Below, piece after piece: positions 1-11,181 of a stretch of DNA of 64,000 bases (its first letter is position 1; each line of letters begins with the position of its first letter). Under the pieces are notes generated by a model, which did no database searches, had not been told where the DNA came from, and worked only from the letters and a program-made list of their open reading frames with translations. The translations under genes and the position numbers were made by a program. Source of the DNA: Azolla caroliniana (Eukaryota; Plantae; Polypodiophyta); contig JBHGNT010000012.1 in assembly GCA_043228905.1 (NCBI GenBank), forward strand, positions 13,764,001-13,828,000. The letters are read 5' to 3'.

Positions 1-1335
1 GTCGGTCGTGTTGCCTTTGTAATTGATACATACAATAATCAATACACATACTTTTTGGGTCATCTCTGTGTCTGTTTCCTTAATATGTATTTTCGATTAT
101 GTTATTCCTAAGTCGTAAGTGGAAAACCGGTGGTGGCCGGCTATCATATAACTGTTCGGCCTACTCGTCCCTATCGTAGTCCCCTACGCAACCACGATTC
201 CTTGACCCAATTACTCCCTTGTTTCCCCAAGAAGGAGACAAGACAAATTGGCACACCCGGTTCACGTTGTGAGGTCACAACGAACAACGTAGGAGGAAAC
301 CACAACCGCCATTACGATGCCTAACTGTAGCACGCGATCTCGTCTACCATCTGGCTGCACAGAGCCAATCGAAGGCGCTTCTGACTCCATGCTTACACAA
401 CAATTGTTGCTGGAGCCATCTGAGTCGCACCACTCTCCGCTGCCAGCACCAGACACTTACATGGCTTCTCACACCGTTTCGCCTCACAGTACCCCCGAAG
501 TCAACCAAGTCGAATACAACCCATTCCCGGCGCTACCCGAAGATTTAGACTTCAACACCATGCCGTATCCGTATCAGCAGTGCACGGATGACCCCGACGC
601 TAAATCACACATTCGCACCTTCTTGTCGACATGGCAAGCCAACCACTCGACGTAGCGTCTGACTGCTGCTGAGGTGGACTTGTCCAAAATCGCGGAGATC
701 ACATTGTCTCTCAATGGACCCGCTCACAATAAGATGATATTCCCGCCATGATCTTGGGGAATTTATGATGTTTCAGGATGTTCACACTCGACTCCTCGAA
801 CTTTTCCATTGAGAGATACCCAAGCAAGAACTCCTCCACCAGTTCTACGCAATCGCATAGGAGACGAATGAAACGGTCTCCCAACTGGAATTCAATAGGC
901 ACAACGACTTCCAAACTTAATGCCAGCCAAAACGGTGTGGAATTTATACTCGTTTTGAAAGTCAAATATCCGAAAGACTTCCTAAGAACGAGTTAGAACA
1001 GAAGTGACTTGAACAACTACTCCAACTCGGGGAAAATCGGCTCGCTAGTCTCAGCCAATTAAAGCATGGTCAGAGGAAACGAGAAGCCTTCATCGATCGC
1101 CATCGGAAAGGGTCAGAAAAAACATTCGAAATCGGTAAAGTAGTCCTAGTTTTTCAAACCCGGCTTAGATCGATGCCAGGGAAACTCCGTTTCCACTAGA
1201 CAAGGCCCTTTTTGGATCATTAACGAATTCAACGGAATGTTCCAACTCGGAATATTAGCCGGTGGCATGATGCCGAAATGGGTCAATGGGTTCCAATTAA
1301 AACCATATCTCGGCCATACTCTACCCAACCTTTTC
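1..1335 (+). mobile_element. Degenerate, internally deleted Ty3/Gypsy element: LTR end, PBS, gag start, integrase C-terminal tail
   Basis: LTR-like end ...GACA at ~245 is followed by a TGGCACACCC PBS-like motif at 249. ORF 317-655 is gag-like (DPDAKSHIRTFL). Sequence at ~950-1330 translates to an integrase tail (MPGKLRF..GPFWI, VNGFQLKPY) homologous to 3050-3345. Confidence 0.6.
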
Positions 1336-1834
1336 GCCGATAAGAGAGACGGTCACGATAACCCCATGGTGGGTGGAACACGGGGGCCAATTGCCTCTAT
1401 CACGGTAACCACCCTACCTACCCGATATTGTATACTTTATGTAAAAAAGAAAAGAAAAAAAAGAATGACCCACTAAGTTAAGTATTTAAGAGCATGCACA
1501 ACACACGAATAAAGAAAGTACAAACGGGTTTTCAACGCGTGGTCTTAAAACCTTATTATGGTAGGGAAGATTTTGAATCTAGGGCACAAGGCCACCTATC
1601 GAGAACTGAGGCACATACATAAAGGAGGGCACCACACACACAACACTCACACACGCACATAGCCTTCAAGCTCTCTCACCTTCTGCACCAAGGCTCTCTC
1701 GTTCTCACACCCCCTGCTCAAAAGCCTTCTCACGCTCTCGTTCTCATTTGTGTTACATGGTTGTGTCTGTTACGCTTCCACACACGCTATTCTTTTACAA
1801 CAACTAACTCCACCAAACTTGTATCGTCCGTTTT

Positions 1835-3347
1835 ACTACCGAGCATAATTATTCGACCACTGAATGAGAAGCTTTAGGAATGATCTACAATGTGAACAAA
1901 TTTTGTCACTACCTTCTCAATCCGAAATTCACATTTCATGTCGACCATTCAACATTACTCTTCCTAGTGTCGAAGCAGTCATTAACACGCAAGCTAGCAA
2001 GATGGACATTACTCTTGCAAGAGTTTGAGTTTGATATCATTCACCAACCAAGAGTGCAACATGTTGTCGCCGATTACCTAAGTCGATTAGATTTAGGGGA
2101 GTCGGCAAATGGGGTAAAAGACGATTTTCCCGACGAACCTTTATTTCATATTGAGGTAGCCGATTCAGCAAAAGGCGACAAAGAGCCTAATGACAAATGG
2201 CTTAATGATATGTTGCAATTTCTTACAATGGGCTTACCACCTCAGGATATGCACCAGGATGAAAAGAAGAGATTAGCGTTACGAAGTCGGAATTTCTATG
2301 TCTTAAATGACACTCTATATCATAAAGGAGCACACGGGATATGACATCGTGCAGTTCGACAACATGAGAACGAAGTAGTTTTAAGAGAAGCACACTATGG
2401 CATTGCAGGAGGACATTATGCTGGAGACACTACGACACAGAAAATTTGGAGCAGTGGCTTATGGTGGCCGACAACTTTGAAAGATGACATCAATTATGTA
2501 AGCAATGTATTTTGTGTCAGAGACTAGGCCAACCGATGGAGCGGGCTTGAATGCCACATCAACCAATTCTACATTGGAGCCTTTTCAGAAGCGGGGATTG
2601 GATTTTGTTGGTCCATTTAAACTGATAGCAGCTCAAATAGGTAACAAATATATTATCATGGCTACAAATTACTGTACCAAATGGATCGAAGACAAAGAAC
2701 TCCATGATAATACAGCCGACTAGACAATGAAGTTCCATTATGAATACATCTGGTGTCGATTCAGATGTCCAATCGAGTTAATCAGCGATCAAGGGTCACA
2801 CTTCTTGGACAAAGTCATCCATGGATTAAAGCGTACTATGTGATGGTGCACAAAAAGAGCACACCATATTACCCTCAAGCAAATGGGTTGGCCAAGTCCA
2901 CTAACAAAATTTTACAAATGATCCTTAAAAAGATTGTAGATGAGAATCACATAGATTGGGATTGAAAATTGCATAGTGGTCTTTGGGCATACATGACAAG
3001 TTACAAAACAACAATTCAATCAACACCCTTTTGACTCGCCTTTGGATTAGAAGCAATAATGTCAATCGAATTTCAAGTACCTAGTCTACGCTTGTAGGTA
3101 GTCGAACAACTAAGTGAAGAAGAATCGGAGCAACATTGACTTGAAAAACTATTGGAATTAGAAGAAGCTCGACTACATAGTCTATGGCGGCTCAAACACG
3201 ACCAATGAAAACGAAAGGCGTTTGTCGACCGACATCGTCACAACAATGAAAAATTATTTGAAGTCGGCAAACTTGTTCTATTGTTCCAGACTAAGATGGG
3301 TCAGATGCCGGGTAAATTAAGATTCCGATGGACAAGACCATTTTGGG
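1835..3347 (+). mobile_element. Ty3/Gypsy pol pseudogene fragment (RNase H, integrase zinc finger and core)
   Basis: RNase H-type motifs (KFCHYLL, VDHSTL, LARWTLLLQEF, ADYLSR). Integrase motifs (GLDFVGP, TPYYPQANG). Many stops and frameshifts. Confidence 0.85.
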
Positions 3348-5399
3348 CTCAATGGAAGCAAAAGAACGATAAGGTTCTTTTCCCATGAAAGTACAAAACA
3401 TCCTAGGACTAGTCGAGGTCTAAGTGTGAGTGATCCCAATGGGCGACTACATGAGACTTTTAGCTTGGGACAAGATTAGTTTGAATGAACTTAAAATCTG
3501 ATTTCACTAAACACACTAATCTTTTTCTTGACACAACATGGCCCCACAGGAGAGTTACTATAGTGTACAAAACTCAGAGTCACACCTCCTGCTAAAAGCA
3601 ATGAGCCAAAGGTCTAGAATTTATGCTATGCAAACATAGAGGTGGTTCAAACCCCCTAATTGATGAACCAACTACCAAGAAACAATCGAAAATTTTCCCT
3701 CTACAAAATATTTCATGTAATGCATACACCCTAAGGGAAATCTTTCCCCTAAAACAAAGAGAAGATATACTTACTTTTAATGTACAAAGAGCAGTAGTAA
3801 AAGGAGAACACAAAAGGGCAAGTCATATGGAAGTGAAAAAGAATATTTCTATAGCACAAAGATAGTATAATAATGAAACCCAGTTTTGGCTACCAATATG
3901 CACCTGCATTCAAAACTTAGGTCCCAACTCACAAATTCTCTCCTTATTGTGCCACAAATTCTCAAAGTAAGTCGTTTAAAAGGTATACATTAGGGGAAGT
4001 GAGGTCACTGACAATTTACAAAGGTGTTATGATCAAACAAATGTGGTATGTGTCGAAGGTGTAAACCAAAAGGCATAGTTTGGTTCCATGAAAAGCCACA
4101 AATTTTGGTTTCCAAGATCAACCCAGCTCTTGCACAGAAGAGGCACAAGACTACCACCATGTATTATGATTATCACTTGCAAAAGCGGAACTCAATTAGG
4201 GTAGACATTCAAGTGTACAACAAGCACAAACATGCAATTAGTATCAGTATGGAAGTATGCTCATCCAATTGCAATCGTATATATAGAAACTAAGAAGCTA
4301 GTGAAATGCCTCTAGCCTAAAAACCCAACAATGTACCACTATCTTGAAATCTACTAATCTCCAAAGAAGTCACCAAATTCTTCTCCAAAGTATAAACATG
4401 CATAACAAAAGCAACTAGTACAAAATCAACACCATTTGATCATGTAAAACACATAACTAATGCTAGGTAGGTAAGACCTTTTACCATTTTCGTTTTCACA
4501 TTTCTCTTCATTTTTTCTTGTCGTTTTGAAAACCTTGCTTTGTTCCTATTAGCTCATATTTGTATGGACAAGAAACCTACAATGGTTCCATCCATTTTGT
4601 AGTTGTTGGGTCCATTGAAGTTCGACCCTCACCATGGGCTCTCATAGGTCAAAATTGGCCTCTTTATGGACGATAAAAATTCTAATTCTAATCTGTAAGT
4701 GCAGCAGCAGCAGCAGCAGCCTTCAAGCATCTTCAGCACCTTGCAAAATTCTCACAATGTGTGTATCCAGGGTGAATCAGTAACTACCAAGGGAAATTGC
4801 AGTATGTGGGTCTTGTAAATGTGAGCTGATCCTCGTCCCCTATGCGGAGTTGGGGGTTTATATATTATCCCCATGTCCTCCATATCAAGAGAATTTTGAA
4901 CTCATCTCAAGGGCCGGTTAAATCTTCTAGATTCCCTAGATAGAAATTTCCACTAAAATATCGATTATTTGTTACTCACTACGACCACTAAAACTGATTT
5001 GAAAGATGTTGATGTAGAATGATAATACATTATTGTAAAGCTGTAACTAATATAATTGTATATGTAGTTAATCAGTTATATTTCAAATGTGTGAAGAATT
5101 TGGTAATGTGAACATCTCTGAAAAGAGCTCAGGTTCACCCTATGCATGCAATAAATCTGACCATGACTGCAGTAGTGAATTTATTGTCAAAAAGAGTGAC
5201 TTATCGATTGGTCCATAGCTGGAGAGATTCAAACTATCAGCAATGCAGGCAAATTTCATTCTCTGAGCTTTGCTTCTCTTATTTAGTTACCTCTGTATAG
5301 AATAAAGCCAACCACGCTGTCCAACATCGGTAGCGTTGTTCAAATCACTTGCTTGTTACGGCACCCAAAGAGGCCAAATACTTGTATGAAAATGACTTT

Positions 5400-5897
5400 A
5401 AAGGGACCTTCATTGGATATTGGGAATGCACGAAACGGTTTACAAAGGCCTTGGGGTAGGCCTAACACGAGGGGGCAATTTGCTATCATTTTGTCTGGGA
5501 GTACTTTGCCAATGTTTTTGACAAAAGTCAGCTTCTTGAGCACCATTCTTATAATTGTTCCATTCATCTCCAGCCAAGGATGAACCCTCTGTATGGTCCT
5601 ATCAATGGCTTGCCAATAAATAAATTTGAGGGCCTTGCAGGACTTACAGTGAAGAAAATCTTGCAATTATTAGATTTATTGTTTTCAGAGCTTTTTGGAC
5701 CTCTTTGATACCATCTGTTTGGATGATATTCTGATTTACTCGATGACTCTGAAGGACCACGAGCAATATGTTGGAAGGTTCTTCAAAAGCTAAGTGAACA
5801 TGAACGTTAAGCCACGCTAGAGAAGTGTCAGTTCGAGGATGATGCAGAATCCCTTGGCTATCTGTATCACCCCTCAAGGTGTCTACATGGATCCAGA
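5400..5897 (+). mobile_element. Degenerate chromovirus-type Gypsy RT fragment
   Basis: Plus-strand translation gives LDDILIYS (5719), LEKCQF and GVYMDP, matching the RT of the element at 26459-32094. Confidence 0.7.
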
Positions 5898-8486
5898 CTT
5901 CACTCTCATGGTTTCAATATACTGGGCTTCTTCTTGCATCCCTAGAGTTGCATAAAGATTGGCCATGAGCACATAAGGTGCTGCAAGTTTATTATCCAAT
6001 TGAATGACACGATCAAAAGCCAATCTCCCAAGCTTTGTATTTCCCCATTTTCTACAAGCACCCAACAATGTAAGCCAAACTGAGGGATCTTCTGAACATG
6101 AGATTGTCATCATGACTGACATCGCCTTCTCGAAGTGCCCCGCACACCCAAAAACCACCACCATGCAAGTATGGTGTTCTAACATGGGTACAATCCCATA
6201 CTTTTGGCCCATGTTCTCATAATAAAATTGGGCTTCCTCCAATCTCCCTGAGTGGCCACACGCATTTAGCACACATAGGAACGTAACCTCATTTGGGGAT
6301 AGAGCCTCCTTTTGCATTTGTTCAAAGCAGTTCATCACTTTGTGACAATGACCCTCTAGTGCATATGCTGTAATAAGCACATTCCATGACACTAGATTTC
6401 GCCTCGGAAGCTCCTCAAACAGTCCCTGTGCTTTTGCAAGCATGCCGCATTTGGCATACATGTCCACCAAAGCATTGCCAAGCATTGTATTTCCTTCCAG
6501 CAAGCCCCTATTGGCAATCTCATCATGAATTTGTTTTCCCTTGTCTATAGCTCCTTTTTTGGCACAGGCCTTTAGGATGCAAGTGAAGGTGACCCCATCT
6601 GGGGAAATGCCTTCTTTTTGCATCTGTGCAAAGCACTTGAGTGCTTCATTAGTTTGTTCATCTTCAACATACCCTGCAATTAGTGCATTCCATGAAACTA
6701 TGTCCCTCACGGGAAGTGTGGTAAGAACTTGCTGAGATTTTTCGAGCATTCCACATTTGGCATACATGTCCACTAAAGAATTTCCGAGCACTATACTCTT
6801 CTCCAGCAAACCCCTATTGAAAATCACACTATGCATTTCTTTACCTTTGTCAAGAGATCCTGTACTGCTGCACGCCTTTAGTACGCAGGTAAAGGTCACC
6901 TCATCTGGAATGCTATCTCTTTGCATGTCTGCAAGGCAACTCAGTGCTTCATGAACTTTATCATGTTGGGCATAGCCAGCAATCACTGAATTCCAAGAGA
7001 CTTCATTCCGAACCGGGAGTTCTTGGACCAGTTGCAATGCCATGGCAAGAGCACCACATTTGGCATACATATCAACCAAAGCACCTCCAAGCATAATGTT
7101 GTCATCAAGCAATCTCTTAGCAGCAATCATAGCATGAATTTGTTTGCCCTTATCAATAGCTCTCAAGCTGCTACATGCCTTTAGGATGCAAGTGAAAGTG
7201 ATCAAATTTGGAGATAGGCCCTCCTTTTGTATCCAAGAAAAACATTTTAGCGCTTCATGACCTTGATCATATTGGGTATACCCTGTAATTAAAGCATTCC
7301 ACGAGGTTACATTTCGACCTCGAAGCTCCTCAATCACTTGTTGTGCTTTTACAAGCAAACCACATTTAGCATACATATCTACCAAAGCATTTCCAAGCAG
7401 GATATTTTCCTCTAACAATCCTTTATTGGCAATCTGCTCATGAATTTCTCTGCCTTTTGCAATCATTCCTGTATCTCCGCAGGCATTTAGGATGCAAGTA
7501 AAAGTGACCTCATCTGGGGAGTGGCCATCCCTTAGCATTCTCTCAAAACAGATCAATGCTTCATGACCTTGCCCCTGCTGGGCATACCCAGCAATAAGTG
7601 CATTCCAAGAAACCACATCTCGGGAATAAAGCTCTTCAAGCACTTTTCGAGCTTTAGAAAGGGCACCGCATTTAGCATACATATCTATCAATGCAGTGCC
7701 AATTAATATGTTTTCCTTTACCGAGTCTTTATCGATGACATTATCATGGATCTGTTTGCCCTTTTCAAGATCTCCAGTAATTCCACATGCTTTTAGGATA
7801 CCAATAAGAGTGACCTCATTAGGAGAGAGGCCCTCCCGTTGCATCCTTGAGAAACAACATAGTGCTTCATGACCTTGCCCATTTTGGACATACCCTTGAA
7901 TTAATGTATTCCAAGATACAACATCTCGATGAGGAAGCTGATCAAGCACTTGTTGTGCTTTTACAAGGGCACCACATTTAGAATACATATCGACTATAGC
8001 ATTGCCAAGAACAAGATGCTTCTCTAGCAAGCCTCTATTCATGATTTCATCATGAATTCTTTCACCTTTATCAATAGACCTCGTCCTACTACAAGCATTC
8101 AGGGCACAAGTCAAAGTGACATCGTCTGGATATGGCCCCTCTCTTTGCATCGTTTCAAAACATTTTAGGGCTTCGTGGCCATGCCCATTTTGTACATACC
8201 CTGCAATTAGAGAATTCCATGAGATTACATCTCGAACACTAAGCACATCAAACACCGCTCTAGCTTTCGGGAGCACACCACATTTAGCATACATACTTAT
8301 TAAAGTGTTACCAATGTAAGGGCTCTTTTCAAGTAATGATTTCTCGAGGATAACATCATGTAATCTCATGCCCTCAGAGAGATTCTTCTTCTTCCCGCAT
8401 TCCTTGAGTAATTTCACAAACATAAAGCCTTGCATTTTGCATCTTTCAGCTCTACTCTTCTTCCACCACTTTCCCCATTCCCCCAT
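5883..8486 (-). CDS. PLS-class pentatricopeptide repeat protein with E domain (7 P-L-S-type triplets), no DYW
   Basis: 867-aa ORF with 7 repeats of MYAKCG...WNALIAGY...TFTCILKAC, followed by E-domain motifs (W.TLLGACRKWGN, YVLMANLYA). Confidence 0.93.
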   Translation of the reverse strand: MGEWGKWWKKSRAERCKMQGFMFVKLLKECGKKKNLSEGMRLHDVILEKSLLEKSPYIGNTLISMYAKCGVLPKARAVFDVLSVRDVISWNSLIAGYVQNGHGHEALKCFETMQREGPYPDDVTLTCALNACSRTRSIDKGERIHDEIMNRGLLEKHLVLGNAIVDMYSKCGALVKAQQVLDQLPHRDVVSWNTLIQGYVQNGQGHEALCCFSRMQREGLSPNEVTLIGILKACGITGDLEKGKQIHDNVIDKDSVKENILIGTALIDMYAKCGALSKARKVLEELYSRDVVSWNALIAGYAQQGQGHEALICFERMLRDGHSPDEVTFTCILNACGDTGMIAKGREIHEQIANKGLLEENILLGNALVDMYAKCGLLVKAQQVIEELRGRNVTSWNALITGYTQYDQGHEALKCFSWIQKEGLSPNLITFTCILKACSSLRAIDKGKQIHAMIAAKRLLDDNIMLGGALVDMYAKCGALAMALQLVQELPVRNEVSWNSVIAGYAQHDKVHEALSCLADMQRDSIPDEVTFTCVLKACSSTGSLDKGKEMHSVIFNRGLLEKSIVLGNSLVDMYAKCGMLEKSQQVLTTLPVRDIVSWNALIAGYVEDEQTNEALKCFAQMQKEGISPDGVTFTCILKACAKKGAIDKGKQIHDEIANRGLLEGNTMLGNALVDMYAKCGMLAKAQGLFEELPRRNLVSWNVLITAYALEGHCHKVMNCFEQMQKEALSPNEVTFLCVLNACGHSGRLEEAQFYYENMGQKYGIVPMLEHHTCMVVVFGCAGHFEKAMSVMMTISCSEDPSVWLTLLGACRKWGNTKLGRLAFDRVIQLDNKLAAPYVLMANLYATLGMQEEAQYIETMRVKSGSM

Positions 8487-9800
8487 TCGTAAGTATATAG
8501 GTTTCTTCTCCCCAAGAGTTTAGCATTGCCAAGTCTACCCTCAGCTTCGTCCATGTGTCCTAAATCTGGTTATTCAGACTCGGATATACATATACTGTTA
8601 TACATAATAATCATATACATATACATATATATACAGAACATCTATGGCTCTCAAAATGCATGATGATCATTGTAAAGGCTCATTAGAAATGAGAAGGCCC
8701 ATTTCGGAGAAAAAACGCACTACTATAGACGATGCCGCCCAAAAGTCTCGAGAGTATGTATGAATACACCTTCCTTCCTTTTGGGTTTTATTGGGTCGGG
8801 TTGCACTGTTTACCACCACTCGCGACTTGCTACCCTCAGCAATTAATCGTTCCGTATAAGACTTGTCTGTCTTTACATGGACAAATGACTCCTGCAAGTT
8901 TGTACACGAGGTCTTGTCCTGAAGGATACCTCATTGAGACCCCCCCCCCCCCCCCCCTTCTCCATCCATCTACAGTTTTGGCCCCAGGGACGCCCTCTCC
9001 AACACCTAACAAACAAAGTTTTCATAGTTTTGTCTCAAGTTAGTGGGGCTTATTCTCGTGCTAAGCTGACACCGAGTATCGTTGATTCAAGCTACGAAAA
9101 CATGATGTCAATTGGTAAAGAAAGCTCACTTTTTACTACATCGATATTGGCATCGTCAAATCATTAACATTTTGGATGACCAGAAAACCTTCACAATCTT
9201 ACAAAGTAGACAATATCTTAGTGTTTGAATCCTTTAGAAACCCATGTTTTTACAACTTGTTCCTTGTCTCTCTAAATACTCTATGCATCCAGCATTTGAG
9301 GTAGACGGTTTCCGTTCCATATGCTATGGAACAAGGAACGTGCTTCTCCATATCTTCCTGTTTGCAGCAATTGTTGTATGGAAACAACATGTCATCTTCC
9401 CTGAGTTTGCAATGAGTTGTTGATAATTTGGTGTTGACACTTGTAGTTTCCTTGAAGATTTCCTTAGGTTGATTGGCAAATATTGACTCAACTTTTGCCA
9501 TTTTAACTTGGGTAGTTTCCTATATTGGGTCTTGCATGTGCCCCTATTCTTAACATTTCTTTGTCCTTCGCTCTCATTTCGGCCTTTGTGGCCTTTGTCA
9601 ATTGCACAAACCTTTGTATGCATGGTGCATTGCCTTCTTTGTCTATGGATTACCGATGAAATGTTGACATGAATAAACAACAATAAACCTCTCAAATGTG
9701 GTCAAATGGAGAAGGTCATTGCTTTTAAGGTGGTTGATGAGTTGACTATGGGGGTTATTAACTGATTGCATTATAGGGAACCTTGGAAAGAGTTCTAGAG

Positions 9801-10215
9801 TGTAAAAGAATACGTATGGACGCGTATGCGGAAGACACGGTCGGTTATTCGGAAGTATAACAATTAGGTAAACACAGAGAATGGAAATATGTAGTGAGAG
9901 AGAGATAGAGATAGAGCAAACAACAAAACTTCTATTATCAAATATTCTCTCTGTACATATAATGTGCTCAGTGAGCACTATTTATACAAGTCCTCAAAAT
10001 GACTGACAGAAGTACTGTGAAGTGCGTCAATGCTCATAAATGAGCTACTCACGCTAACACCTAAAATATTCCTACGAGGAATATTGGTCCTAATGGCGTG
10101 CCAGCTCCCCACCAATCTGACCTAGCCGATCGGTCTCCGTCCGATCCAAGCCTAACCGATCCGGTTCTCGGCTTCTTAAGCCAATCCGGCACAAGTTGAG
10201 CTTGCTCGCTCAACA
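9801..10215. mobile_element. Solo LTR
   Basis: TGTAA...CAACA termini flanked by the 5-bp target site duplication TAGAG (9796-9800 and 10216-10220). Confidence 0.8.
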
Positions 10216-10435
10216 TAGAGCTAGTTCTTCAATCCATTAATTTAGGAGTACATTATAGTTCTTATTTGTGGATAACGTCTATCCCTTCATACCCTCTCAT
10301 CATATTCATGCTTGGGGTTCATAGGTTACCCGTATCCTTCCTATAGTTTCTTTGTGATTGATTCATCTTAACGTTTACTCCATTGAAGAAAACGAATGCA
10401 TTCTAATGCATAATGCAAAATGATTGCCTTCATAC

Positions 10436-10877
10436 TAACAATCGACAACGGTTCGGTTCGGTTTGAGAGGGTCCAAACCAAACCGTTTAAAATTTTTGAA
10501 ACCTGAACCAAACCCCGAAACCGTTAAACATTTTTCAAACCATTAAACCATTAAACCGTAAAAACCGCGGTTTCGTGGTTTGGTTTCGGTTTTGAACATA
10601 GGTCAAATTTTTAATTTTTTAAAATTTATAATATTTCATGATTTAAAATTTTTAAGATGTTCCTAAAATGTGAGAATAAGGTCTAAAAATGAAAAGATTC
10701 TTTAAAAACAAATTTTAAAATTTTTTGGAATTTTTTACAATTTAAAGAAATAAAAATAAAAAACCGTTTAAACCGCGGGTTTTGACTGTTGAAACCGAAC
10801 CGAACCATTTAAAAAACCCAAACTTGAACCGAACCGTTGAAACTGCGTTTCGCGGTTCGAACCGTTGCCGATTGTTA
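10436..10877. mobile_element. Non-autonomous hAT-type MITE
   Basis: 20-bp TIR TAACAATCG(A/G)CAACGGTTCG, 8-bp TSD CTTCATAC, and many AAACCG/CGGTTT subterminal motifs. Confidence 0.9.
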
Positions 10878-11181
10878 CTTCATACTACATATGTATATGA
10901 TATAAGCAAAACTTTAGACTTTCCATAACTCATTGTTTGTAGCTTTATTATGGGTAGTCAATTTTCAAAGCCTTGTGACTGGAAACATTGAGATTGCGGA
11001 TTTGCGGGTTGAAGGCTGAAGTATTTGGTTTGCCGTTGCATCATCAAACAAAGCCAAATTTATCATATAGTGATTTTGACATCCATTCCTTCCTTGCGGA
11101 GTTCCTTCTTTCAACATAAAATTGAATGCATAGGAATGTTTCCTCTCGCCTTTCCTTACAAGAGATGGTCCTGGCCCCATC

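Noticed and set aside
9250-9695. Short minus-strand ORFs between the PPR genes
   Set aside because: No recognisable domain; probably a decayed TE.
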